A stretch of 64,000 bases of DNA from Gemmatimonadaceae bacterium. GTDB taxonomy: Bacteria > Gemmatimonadota > Gemmatimonadetes > Gemmatimonadales > Gemmatimonadaceae. The notes beneath the pieces were generated by a model. The model saw only the letters and a program-made list of their open reading frames with translations, searched no databases and was not told the origin of the DNA. The position numbers were made by a program, and so were the translations under genes. The DNA is taken from positions 124,364 through 188,363 of the forward strand of contig JBBDYC010000009.1 of assembly GCA_040901985.1 (NCBI GenBank). Reading direction: 5' to 3'. Positions 1 to 9,871 of the stretch are shown here, piece by piece (the first letter of the stretch is position 1; each line of letters opens with the position of its first letter).

Positions 1-369
1 ACGAGCCTGGCCGCCATCCTGCTCTGGTTCGCGGTACTCGGCGGGACGTACCTCGTCTTCCCGCTCTACCGGGCCGCACCTCCGGAGGGTCTCACGGCGC
101 TGGCGGCGTTCCCGCGCGCCCTGCTGATGTCGGACCCGGAGACGCGCTGGCTCCACGCCTTTGCGATGGAGATCAAGGAGCATATGCCGTGGATCGCCGC
201 GATGCTCGCGACGGCCGTCGCCGTCGTCGCCCACCGCCGCCGCGCCACGCTCCTCGCCGACGGCCCAATGCGGCGTGTCGCCTCGGCGCTCCTCGCAACA
301 ACGTTCGTGATCGTCTCGTTCGTCGCCATCCTCGGCGTCTTCGTCAACAAGGTCGCGCCCCTCGAATAG
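1..369 (+). CDS. Hypothetical integral membrane protein, 5' partial (frame is open from position 1)
   Basis: Frame +1 reads TSLAAILLWFAVLGGTYLVFPLY...WLHAFAMEIKEHMPWIAAMLA...VFVNKVAPLE* with several hydrophobic helices; TAG at 367-369. Confidence 0.75.
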   Translation, partial: TSLAAILLWFAVLGGTYLVFPLYRAAPPEGLTALAAFPRALLMSDPETRWLHAFAMEIKEHMPWIAAMLATAVAVVAHRRRATLLADGPMRRVASALLATTFVIVSFVAILGVFVNKVAPLE

Positions 370-383
370 GGGCAGGAGTCGCA

Positions 384-710
384 ATGCACGAACCAACACC
401 AGCCACTCCGCGCGCGAACGGTGTCGAACTGGCGGCCGTCCTCGCCGCCGGCATCGGCGCCGCCGCGCTGGGCATCTTCGTCCTCCTCCACGAGGCCGGC
501 AGCTACTCGGCCCCCGCCCTCTACGCCCCCTCCGGCGGCCTTTCCGGCCGCACCACCGGGGCGGTCGCTGTGTGGCTCGTCGCGTGGGTCGTGCTGGCCA
601 CGCGCTGGCGCGGCCGCGAGCTCGGACCGACGCGGATCCTCGCCTGGACGCTCGGCCTGACGGCCTTCGCCCTCCTCGCGACCTTCCCGCCGCTCTGGGC
701 GCTGCTCTAG
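384..710 (+). CDS. Small hypothetical membrane protein (108 aa, about 3 TM helices)
   Basis: AGGAG at 374-378 precedes ATG at 384; hydrophobic sequence MHEPTP...LATFPPLWALL*; follows the upstream membrane ORF after 14 nt. Confidence 0.75.
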   Translation: MHEPTPATPRANGVELAAVLAAGIGAAALGIFVLLHEAGSYSAPALYAPSGGLSGRTTGAVAVWLVAWVVLATRWRGRELGPTRILAWTLGLTAFALLATFPPLWALL

Positions 711-749
711 CGACGGCGCGCGCAGTCTCGCGCGCACGGTCTCGCGCGC

Positions 750-875
750 GGTCGGTCGGAGCCGCGCCCGCCGCTTCGGGCCCTCGGCCTTACACGCTGC
801 GAACCCCCGCGAACTGCCGCGGGGTCTCTTGCTACGGCCGGGGGCCCTGCGCGTCGCGCACGGCCCCTTCCTCCC
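750..875 (-). repeat. Structured dispersed repeat, copy A (candidate ncRNA or REP-like ssDNA hairpin)
   Basis: Minus strand reads GGGCCC-C-CGGCC GTAGCAAGAGAC CCCGCG gcagtt CGCGGG GGTTCGCAGCGTGTAA GGCCG-A-GGGCCC GAA ... GACCGACC; core at 790-835. Confidence 0.9.
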
Positions 876-1032
876 TCGGGCGAGATCGTGGCGAGGCCGG
901 CTTGCCAGCTCAGCTTCGTGCGTCTGCCGCGGCGGCGGCGCGAGGGCGGCGGCAGAGGGCCGCGGCGGCGCGCGGGCGGCGGTAGCGCCGAGCCCGCGCC
1001 GACTGGGACTGGGACTGGGCAGGGGCGAGGGA

Positions 1033-1154
1033 GGGAGGGCGCGGGCGCGCGGCGCAGGGGCCTACGCCGTAGCAAGAGACCCCGCGGCAGTTCGCGGGGG
1101 CTCGCAGCGTGTAAGGCGTTGGCCCCGAAGCCGCGCGACCGTGCCCGACCGACC
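1033..1154 (+). repeat. Structured dispersed repeat, copy B
   Basis: Core GTAGCAAGAGAC...GCAGCGTGTAA at 1069-1114; 1046-1133 is identical over 88 nt to 28790-28877; ends in GACCGACC. Confidence 0.92.
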
Positions 1155-1196
1155 GCCCGCGCACGATCGCGCGCACACGCGCGCGCGCACACAGAA

Positions 1197-3830
1197 CTAA
1201 GCCGCCGTGCGGTCCCCGGCGATCCGGTCGAGATCCTCGAGCCCCACGAGCACGTCGCGCGGCTTGGATCCATCGGGCGGCCCCAGCACCCCAGCCAGGT
1301 GCAGTTGGTCAATGATCCGCGCCGCGCGCCCATACCCCACCTTCAGCCGCCGCTGCAGCAGCGACGTGGACCCACCCTGGTGCTGCACGCACACCTCCGC
1401 CGCCTCCCGGAAGAGCTTGTCGCGGTCGCCCTGGTCCTCGGCCGACTCCTCGCCGGCGCCCGCCTCGAGCGCCTCGCGCGCGCGGACCGTCTCGAGGATG
1501 TCCGCCTCGCTGGAGGCCTCCTCGACCGCCATCAGCCCGTCGGCCTCCAGCGCTGCCTTGCGCGCCGCCTTCCGGTCCGTGTACCAGCCCATCAGCCGCT
1601 CGGTGTCCTCGATGGCGAGGAACGCGCCCTGGAGCCGCGCCGGCTCGCTCTTCCCCGGTGGGATGAACAGCATATCGCCGTTCCCGAGCAGCGACTCGGC
1701 GCCCATTCCGTCAATGATCGTGCGCGAATCAATCTGCGACGCCACGCGGAAGGCGATCCGGCTCGGGAAGTTCGCCTTGATGAGGCCGGTGATGACGTTC
1801 ACGCTCGGCCGCTGCGTGGCGAGGATCAGGTGGATCCCGATTGCCCGCGCCTTCTGCGCCAGCATCGCCAGCGGCGTCTCCACCTCGGCGGCCACGGTCA
1901 TCATCAGGTCGGCGAGCTCGTCAATCACGACCACGATGTACGGCAGCACGCCCGCCTTGTACTCGCGGTCCTCGAACCCGACGTTCGGGTCCTTCGGCTT
2001 CCGCAGGGCGAGCCCCTCGCGGACCTTCGCGTTGAAGTCCTGGATGTTGCGCGCGCCATTCTCGGCGAGGAGCTCGTAGCGCCCCTGCATCTCCATCACC
2101 GCCCACTTGAGCACCGACGCCGCGTCGCGGTTGTCGGTGACGACCTTGTGGCGCAGGTGCGGCAGCACGTTGTACACGCTGAGCTCGACCATCTTCGGGT
2201 CCACCATCAGGAAGCGCAGCGTCTTGGGTGTGTGCCGGTAGATCAGCGAGGTGATGAGCGTGTTGACGCAGACCGACTTGCCGGAGCCGGTGGCGCCGGC
2301 GATCAGCAGGTGCGGCATCTTGGCGAGGTCGGCGATCACCGGCCGCCCCTCGAGGTCCTTGCCGAGTCCGATCGGGAGGGCCATCGGCCTGGACTGGTAG
2401 TCGCGGCTCTCGAGCATATCGCGGAAGGCGACGACGTCGGGGGTCGGGTTGGGCACCTCGATGCCGACGGCCCCCTTGCCGGGGATCGGCGCGACGACGC
2501 GGATGCTGGGCGCGCGCATCGCGAGCGCGAGGTCGTTGGCGAGGTTGGCGAACTGGCGCACCTTCACGCCGGGTCCGGGCTCGATCTCGAACTGCGTGAC
2601 CGTCGGCCCGGTGGTGCGGCCGGTGAGGGTGCCGTCCACCTTGAAGGTCTTGAGCGACTCAATGAGCTTGGCGCCCATCGCGTCGAGCTGGTTGCGGTCG
2701 GCGGCGGTGTCACGCACGGTGGCCGGGCTCAGGAGCTCGGGGGTGGGGAGCTCGTCCTCCGGGACGTGGGATGGGCGACGGGAGATGGGAGTCCCACTCA
2801 CCGCTTCCTTCCCTCCCCTCGCCTTCGACGTCCGGGTGCGCAGGTGCGTCGGGGCGAACGGCGACTCGACGGCCTCCAACTCGAGCTGCTCGGTCCTCAA
2901 CAGCGAGAGGGAGGTCAGCGGCTGGTGCTGCGACGCGTGGGCGCTCGCGTCCGCCGCTCCGCCCGCGCCGAGGCCCATCAGCGAGAGGTCCACTGGCGGC
3001 ATCTCGGCGGCGTCGGGTTCGAGGGCTTCGGCGGCGGTGAGGTGGCCGGCCGTCGTGGCGCCGGCGCCGTTGGCGTCAGCGCCCGTGGCGTCAGCGCCCG
3101 TGGCGTCAGCGCCCGTGGCGTCAGCGCCGGTGGCGCGGGCGCGGCCGACGGAGAGCAGCACGCGGACTGGATTCCAGCCCAGCGTCACCGCGGCCAGCGC
3201 GGAGAAGGCGATGGCGATGACGATCCAGGCGCCGGCGGCGCCGAGCAACTCGCGCACGTAGAACGCGGCAAAGGCCCCCCACAGGCCGGCGAGGATGTCG
3301 GGGGTGCCGGGCGCCAGGGTGTCGAGGCGCGCCAGTCCGGCGGCGACGGGGATGATGAGCGCGAGGCCGATCGTGAAGAAGAGGAACCGCTGGTCCTCGC
3401 TCTGCTCGAGCCGGCCGAGGAGGCGCAGTGCGTGGACGGCGGGGATGAGCGGCACGATGACGGCGGCGAGGGCGCCGACGAGGCCGAGGATGGACCAACG
3501 GACGCAGCCGCCGACCGGGCCAAAGGCGCCGCCGGCGGCGCTGCAGGCCTCGTTCAGTGCGGGCGCGCGGCCGAAGATCAGCGCGCCGGCGACGAACAGG
3601 GCGCCGAGGAGGAGCGCGATCCCCGAGACTTCGCGCACGACGTAGAGCCGGCGCGATTCGCTGGCGATATCGTCGGACTTCGCCGCAGCCGTCGTGGCCG
3701 GCGCGGCTGGCGCGGCTGGCGCGGCTGGCGCGGCTGTCGCGGCGTCTCGGCGCACGCGCGAGCGCCGCGGCTGCGGCGCGAGGGGGGAATCGGCGGGTGG
3801 AAGGTCGGCCGTGCTCGGCTTGCGGGCCAT
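1197..3830 (-). CDS. ftsK: DNA translocase FtsK
   Basis: N-terminal TM helices, PHLLIAGATGSGKS Walker A, VVVIDELADLMM, ATQRPSV, C-terminal gamma domain (STSLLQRRLKVGYGRAARIID). Confidence 0.97.
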   Translation of the reverse strand: MARKPSTADLPPADSPLAPQPRRSRVRRDAATAAPAAPAAPAAPATTAAAKSDDIASESRRLYVVREVSGIALLLGALFVAGALIFGRAPALNEACSAAGGAFGPVGGCVRWSILGLVGALAAVIVPLIPAVHALRLLGRLEQSEDQRFLFFTIGLALIIPVAAGLARLDTLAPGTPDILAGLWGAFAAFYVRELLGAAGAWIVIAIAFSALAAVTLGWNPVRVLLSVGRARATGADATGADATGADATGADANGAGATTAGHLTAAEALEPDAAEMPPVDLSLMGLGAGGAADASAHASQHQPLTSLSLLRTEQLELEAVESPFAPTHLRTRTSKARGGKEAVSGTPISRRPSHVPEDELPTPELLSPATVRDTAADRNQLDAMGAKLIESLKTFKVDGTLTGRTTGPTVTQFEIEPGPGVKVRQFANLANDLALAMRAPSIRVVAPIPGKGAVGIEVPNPTPDVVAFRDMLESRDYQSRPMALPIGLGKDLEGRPVIADLAKMPHLLIAGATGSGKSVCVNTLITSLIYRHTPKTLRFLMVDPKMVELSVYNVLPHLRHKVVTDNRDAASVLKWAVMEMQGRYELLAENGARNIQDFNAKVREGLALRKPKDPNVGFEDREYKAGVLPYIVVVIDELADLMMTVAAEVETPLAMLAQKARAIGIHLILATQRPSVNVITGLIKANFPSRIAFRVASQIDSRTIIDGMGAESLLGNGDMLFIPPGKSEPARLQGAFLAIEDTERLMGWYTDRKAARKAALEADGLMAVEEASSEADILETVRAREALEAGAGEESAEDQGDRDKLFREAAEVCVQHQGGSTSLLQRRLKVGYGRAARIIDQLHLAGVLGPPDGSKPRDVLVGLEDLDRIAGDRTAA

Positions 3831-3911
3831 ACGTCTCGGGGATTCAGGGGACGTATGGGAGACGATTCGGGTGGCTATCGGGATACGGGTTGACTACGGG
3901 TTCAAGATCCA

Positions 3912-4021
3912 AGGTGAAAGGGGCGCGCCGGGGACTGCCTGGCGCGCCCGTGTGAGGGAAAAGGAAAGGGGCGCCCCCACCGGGGCCCCCCCCCCCCCCC
4001 ACCCCTTTTCAACTTTCACCT
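3912..4021. repeat. Intergenic purine/pyrimidine inverted-arm element containing a 32-bp hairpin repeat and a C15 run
   Basis: AGGTGAAAG (3912-3920) and CTTTCACCT (4013-4021) are inverted arms; 3916-3947 is the exact reverse complement of 21466-21497; C15 at 3986-4000. Confidence 0.7.
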
Positions 4022-4027
4022 GTAGTC

Positions 4028-5071
4028 CTAGCGTCTCCCCAGCAACAGCCCGCCGCCAATGGTGAACGCCGAGACCTCTTGCTCCACCGCGAACACCTTG
4101 AAGCGTTCGATGCGGTAGCCGAGGTTCAGCGTGAGGGGAAAGCGGTTCCAGGTCCAGCTGAGCCCTGTCTCGCCGGACCAGCCCTCGAGTTCGTCTTTCG
4201 GCAGGGCGTCGTCGCCGAGCGGGATGCCGATGTAGTAGAGGGCGCGGAGCTGCACGGAGAAGTCGGTGTTGCCGACGTTCGCGCGCGTGCGAAAGCCGGC
4301 GCGGGCAAAGGTGTACGTCGAGTCGAAGTCGCCGCCGCCGCCGAACGTGAGGGAGTCGAAGCCGGTGCGCTGGGCAGCGCCAAGGTCGAGGGCGAAGCGG
4401 CGCGATCCCATCAGGAAGGCCACTTCCTGGTACGTGGGGGCATCATCGCCCCCCGCGATGCGGCGGGCGGCGAGGCCGAGGCCGCCACCGCGCGCGCGCT
4501 GCAGCGCGAGCTCAAGACTGCCGAGCCCGGTCTTGTTCTCCGGCTGGAGGGTTCCGCCGTCGGAGGTGCGGACGCTCGCGTTGTGGAGGTCGAACATCAT
4601 CATCAGGTAGACGGGCGAGCGTCGGCGCGTGGTTCCTGCCTCGGCGATGCGCACCGAGTCGCGCCGCACGGCGGCGGTGGCGGCGGCAATCGCGGCGGCG
4701 GTGGCCTGCGCAGGAGTGGTCGCGGCCGGCGGCGTGGCTGCCGGAGCGGCGGGACGTGCCGCAGCGGGCTGTCCGGCCGGCGGCGTGGCGGGCTGTCCGG
4801 CCGGTGGGGTGGCGGGCTGCCCCGCGGGCGGAGTGGCTGCGGGCGGGGTAGCCGGCTGTGCGGCGGGCTGACCCGCGGGCGGTGTGGTCGGCCGCGCGGC
4901 GGGCTGACCCGCGGGTGGCGTGGTCGGCCGCGCGGCGCCCGGCGCCGGCGTGGTCGTCGGCGCCGGCTTGGGGTCGGCCGGCTTGATCGCAAAGACGCTG
5001 CACCCGGCGAGCGGGAGGAGTGCAGCGAGGAGGAACGCGCGCGTCATTGAGGCCTCGTGAGTGGTCGTCAT
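4028..5071 (-). CDS. Hypothetical lipoprotein with Pro/Ala/Thr repeat linker and possible C-terminal beta-barrel-like domain (start may be ATG 5047)
   Basis: Lipobox LLPLAGC; TPPAGQPA repeats; amphipathic strand-like C-terminus (LSWTWNRFPLTLNLGYR). GAGG lies upstream of the ATG at 5047. Confidence 0.7.
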   Translation of the reverse strand: MTTTHEASMTRAFLLAALLPLAGCSVFAIKPADPKPAPTTTPAPGAARPTTPPAGQPAARPTTPPAGQPAAQPATPPAATPPAGQPATPPAGQPATPPAGQPAAARPAAPAATPPAATTPAQATAAAIAAATAAVRRDSVRIAEAGTTRRRSPVYLMMMFDLHNASVRTSDGGTLQPENKTGLGSLELALQRARGGGLGLAARRIAGGDDAPTYQEVAFLMGSRRFALDLGAAQRTGFDSLTFGGGGDFDSTYTFARAGFRTRANVGNTDFSVQLRALYYIGIPLGDDALPKDELEGWSGETGLSWTWNRFPLTLNLGYRIERFKVFAVEQEVSAFTIGGGLLLGRR

Positions 5072-5072
5072 C

Positions 5073-6164
5073 TCAGCGCGCCTGCGGCTGGATGCGCACG
5101 GTGACCTTGTACGCCGCTATCCGCTGCTTACTCTCGGCGTCGGCGTCGGTGAGCGCCTTCAGGTGCGCCGCCCGCAACGCCATATTGGCCCGCAGGTTCT
5201 CGACAGAGACGGTACCCTTGTCGAGCCAGAATCCGCCGACGGCGGCGCCGATCATCGCCACGCTGACGAGAATCGCGCGGCCGTCCGACTTGTACTCCGA
5301 GCGGATCGGCTCCTCGGCGCGGGCGACCGCGGCAATCGCGCCCGTCGCGGCGGCAAAGAATACGCTGGTCATCACCATCCGCACCCGCGGCGCCTTGGCC
5401 GACTCGGGCAGGAGCTTCGTGGTGTCGAGCACCGGCGTCGAGACCGGCGCAAGCGGCGTCGCCGCGGTGGCCGTCGCGTGATGCCGTACGGTCACCGAGT
5501 CGCCGGTGACGGCGTCCACCGCCGTCACCACAAACTCGTATTCCCCCGAGACGAACAGCGGCGTGCGGCCATCGTGGCCGCGGAAGCCGAGCTGGCCGCG
5601 CGAGTCAGGGGTCACGGTGGAGTCGTGGAGGACGCTCGCGCCAGTCGGAAGCGGGGCGACGCGCAACCGGAAGCGCACCGGCCGCGACGCGATCACGCTG
5701 ATGAACGCCCGGCCGTCGGTCCCGACGAGCGAATCCTGCGCCGCCGGGCGGACGGCCACGGCGAGCGTGCGGCTGCGCGCCACCTCGTAGAGGGAATCGA
5801 GGCCCGACCACCGCAGCTCCACGGGGAGCGTGGCATCGGGCGCGAGCCGGATGATCGCACTCAGGTGCGCGAGCGCGGAGTCGGACCGCTGCTCGGCCAG
5901 TTCCTCGGGGTAGAAGGCGGCCGCCATCGTGGCCCGGAGCGCGATCACCTGCGCCGGTCGCATGTTGGGCGCGAACGCAAAGACCTCGTGGCCGCGCCGG
6001 ATCGCGTCGGCGTAGCGGAGGTCGTTCACGTCCGCGCGCACGCGGGCGATGAGGTCGTCGGTCGGCGATGTGCCCTGCGCGGCCGCACCGTCGGAGGCGG
6101 CGGCGAGCGCGAGGACAACGCCGAGGAGGGCGGCGCCGAGGCGTCGCGATTTCCGGAGGGACAT
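5073..6164 (-). CDS. Hypothetical exported protein
   Basis: Signal peptide MSLRKSRRLGAALLGVVLALAAASDGAAAQ; helical N-terminal part; two C-terminal hydrophobic segments; abuts the next gene. Confidence 0.7.
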   Translation of the reverse strand: MSLRKSRRLGAALLGVVLALAAASDGAAAQGTSPTDDLIARVRADVNDLRYADAIRRGHEVFAFAPNMRPAQVIALRATMAAAFYPEELAEQRSDSALAHLSAIIRLAPDATLPVELRWSGLDSLYEVARSRTLAVAVRPAAQDSLVGTDGRAFISVIASRPVRFRLRVAPLPTGASVLHDSTVTPDSRGQLGFRGHDGRTPLFVSGEYEFVVTAVDAVTGDSVTVRHHATATAATPLAPVSTPVLDTTKLLPESAKAPRVRMVMTSVFFAAATGAIAAVARAEEPIRSEYKSDGRAILVSVAMIGAAVGGFWLDKGTVSVENLRANMALRAAHLKALTDADAESKQRIAAYKVTVRIQPQAR

Positions 6165-6221
6165 GGAAACTCTCAGGCCGGGGGAATCAGCAAGCGGAGA
6201 AATGAACGCCTGGGACGCCGT

Positions 6222-7976
6222 TCAGCAACTGACAGGGCGGAACCCGATCGTGTGCGTCTGACCGGCCGCCACCACGAAGGTCGTATCCCATCGTGCGCAG
6301 TTCTCGGCGCGCACGGAGATCGTGACGGAGCCCGCCGGGAAGGTCAGGGTCTGGACGCCGCGCTCACCGATCGGACGGACCTCCTGGCCGATGTAGAGCA
6401 CCGCGCCGGGGATCCGGCTGCCGATGCGGATGGTGCCGGGCCCTGCGGGCGCCGGGGGCTCCGCCGGGGGCGGGGTCGGCGGCGGCGCGGCGGTCCGCGT
6501 GGTCTCGGCCGGCGCGGGCTGCGGCCGTGCGGCCTCCCGTGCGGGCTCCCGTGCGGGCTGCTCCTGGACGGGCTCGGGCGCCGGCTGCGGCCGCGCGGCC
6601 GCATCGCCCGGCGGAGTCGCGGCCGCCCGCGCGCGCGCGGCGGCCTCGGCGGCCGCCGCCACCCGGGCAATCGAGTCCTCCCGGGCCAGCGAGTCGGTGC
6701 GGACCGAATCGGCAAACGCGAGGGCGGCGCGCTGGAAGTTGGCAATCGAGTCGCGGATCGCCGCGCTGTCCACCGGCGGCGGCGTGGCGACCAGATTCTC
6801 GACCGGGGCCGCCTCGCGCCCGAGGACGCCGTCCAACAGGCCACCGAAGAGCTCCGGCCGTAGGTACGCAGTGGCGGCCGTCACGCCGATGGCCAGCGTG
6901 AGCAAGCCGACGATGAGGCGCCCGCGCGACGGACGCGTCGTCTCTTCCTCCTCCTCGTCTTCCTTCGCCACCTTGGGCCGGGGGCGCTTCGGCGGGGTCC
7001 GCTTGGCGGGGCGCTGCGCCGGAATCGGACTCACCGGGACGCTCATCCGCGGCTGCTGCTGTGCGCCCAGCTTGGCGAGCGTGATGATCTGCGTCCGGAC
7101 CTCCGCCTCGACCGTGGGCGGCGCCGCGCCGAACGCGGCCACCGCCTCCTCGAGCGTGGGGAAGCGATCGGCCGGATCCTTCGCCATCATCCGTCGGAGG
7201 CACGCCTCGAGTGCCGGCGGCACGTCAGGCCGGTCCAGGCTGACCGACGGCACCTCGTCGAAGAGGTGGCCCCGCATCACCTCGACGATCGTGTCGCCGG
7301 TGTAGGGCTGCTTGCCGGTGAGCATCTCGTAGGCGACGATGCCGAGGGCGTACTGGTCGGCGGCGCCGGTGACCTGCTTCCCGTTGAACTGCTCGGGGCT
7401 CATATAGTACGGCGTGCCGATGATGGACCCCGTCATTGTGAGGCCCTTCATATCCTCGAGCTTGGCGATGCCGAAGTCGGTGACGATGAGCCAGCCGTCC
7501 TGGTCGAGCATAAAGTTCGCCGGCTTCACGTCGCGGTGGACGACGCCGCGCGAGTGGGCGTAGTGCAGCGCCTTGCCGGCCGCGCTGATGAGCGTCTGGA
7601 CGAACGGCACCGACTGCTGGCCGCCCTCGCGGATCACCGAGTCGAGGGCGCGCCCCTCGATGTACTTCATCACGAAGTAGGCGAGGTCGGGGTCGTCGCC
7701 GACCGCGTAGATGCCGATGATGTTGGGATGATTGAGCGAGGCGGAGACCCTGGCCTCGCGCTTGAAGCGCGCGATGTTGTCGGCCGAGTTCATCATCGCC
7801 GGCGACATCACCTTGATGGCGACCTTGCGGTCGAGCGCGAGGTCGAGGGCCAGGAAGACCGAGGCCATGCCGCCCGTGCCGAGCTCGGCATACACGTCGT
7901 ACCGGCCAATCGTCGCGCGACGGAGTCGCTCGATTAGCGGTTCGGTACCGGCGGCGGTGTAAGTCTCGTTGGCCAG
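6222..7976 (-). CDS. Hanks-type Ser/Thr protein kinase with TM helix and C-terminal PEGA-like domain (start uncertain, CTG 7976 proposed)
   Basis: LGTGGMASV, VAIK, HRDVKPAN, DFG, GTPYYMSPEQ motifs; TM LIVGLLTLAIGVTAATAYL. The ORF-track extension to 8867 runs through a non-coding repeat. Confidence 0.9.
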   Translation of the reverse strand: MANETYTAAGTEPLIERLRRATIGRYDVYAELGTGGMASVFLALDLALDRKVAIKVMSPAMMNSADNIARFKREARVSASLNHPNIIGIYAVGDDPDLAYFVMKYIEGRALDSVIREGGQQSVPFVQTLISAAGKALHYAHSRGVVHRDVKPANFMLDQDGWLIVTDFGIAKLEDMKGLTMTGSIIGTPYYMSPEQFNGKQVTGAADQYALGIVAYEMLTGKQPYTGDTIVEVMRGHLFDEVPSVSLDRPDVPPALEACLRRMMAKDPADRFPTLEEAVAAFGAAPPTVEAEVRTQIITLAKLGAQQQPRMSVPVSPIPAQRPAKRTPPKRPRPKVAKEDEEEEETTRPSRGRLIVGLLTLAIGVTAATAYLRPELFGGLLDGVLGREAAPVENLVATPPPVDSAAIRDSIANFQRAALAFADSVRTDSLAREDSIARVAAAAEAAARARAAATPPGDAAARPQPAPEPVQEQPAREPAREAARPQPAPAETTRTAAPPPTPPPAEPPAPAGPGTIRIGSRIPGAVLYIGQEVRPIGERGVQTLTFPAGSVTISVRAENCARWDTTFVVAAGQTHTIGFRPVSC

Positions 7977-8007
7977 AGGACTTCCGTGTGGGGGCGGGTC
8001 TCGTAAG

Positions 8008-8036
8008 AATGTCCGGCTTTTTGGCCGGGCGGTCAA
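8008..8036 (-). promoter_or_regulatory. Possible sigma70-type promoter for the kinase operon
   Basis: TTGACC-N17-GACATT on the minus strand, about 30 nt upstream of the proposed CTG start; the -10 match is weak. Confidence 0.3.
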
Positions 8037-8330
8037 GTGCGTTGTGTCACCTTCTGACTGCTTATTCCCGGCTTTTTTCCGCAGGTCGGGAGGCGCCGGA
8101 CGCCCTCCCGGGCTCTCGCGCGGATGCTGACAGTCGCGCTGCCGCTCGCTCCGTGACCGCTCCCGGGCCGCCGCCGAACCCTCTTTCGGGGCTGGGTAAG
8201 CTAAAACCGCACATTGCCGGCGAGGCGCACAACGGAGAGCGAGGGGACAGGCTGGCCGGGCCGAGACGGAGCGGACGCCGCGGCCCGCGAACCCGTGCAG
8301 CCCGCGCCGGACCGTGCGCGCGGACAGGGC

Positions 8331-8479
8331 CCTTGGGAGGGCAGCGACGTGCGCCCGGCGAAGGGGCCTACGCCGTAGCAAGAGACCGCGCGGCGGTTCG
8401 CGCGGGCTCGCAGCGTGTAAGGCGTTGGCCCCCGGAGCCAGGCGCTCGCCGCTGCCCGACCGACGCAAAGATCCCAAGG
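8331..8479 (+). repeat. Structured dispersed repeat, copy C (solo)
   Basis: Core at 8375-8420 with apical stem CGCGCG/CGCGCG in place of CCCGCG/CGCGGG; outer stems GGGCAGCG/CGCTGCCC and CCTTGGGA/TCCCAAGG. Confidence 0.9.
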
Positions 8480-8518
8480 CACCCGGCGATCGAGCAGCGA
8501 ACAGCGGGCAGCGAGCGT

Positions 8519-9871
<1,353 letters not shown>

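Noticed and set aside
1069..1114. Resemblance of the core to twister (GUnnCAAG) or twister-sister (GCAAG/GCUC) ribozymes, hammerhead or SRP RNA
   Set aside because: Only short word matches. The required junctions, pseudoknot partners and CUGAnGA/GAAA or SRP loop motifs are not visible by eye; cmscan is needed to exclude formally.
1168..1193. Alternating purine/pyrimidine tract (CGCGCGCACACGCGCGCGCGCACACA) as a Z-DNA element
   Set aside because: Short, and CG alternation is common at this GC content; there is no independent support.
707..1333. Peptide repeats such as GANALHAASPRELPRGLLLRRRPLRRA in several ORFs (also near 8.4 kb and 28.8 kb)
   Set aside because: These are translations of the non-coding repeat. 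They appear in multiple frames and strands, and variation follows base pairing rather than codons.
888..3893. Very long plus-strand ORFs (e.g. 888-3893, 7988-11170, 38767-41187, 61090-63594)
   Set aside because: They are antisense shadows of clear minus-strand genes, Arg/Gly/Ala-rich with no motifs, as expected from stop-codon scarcity at high GC.
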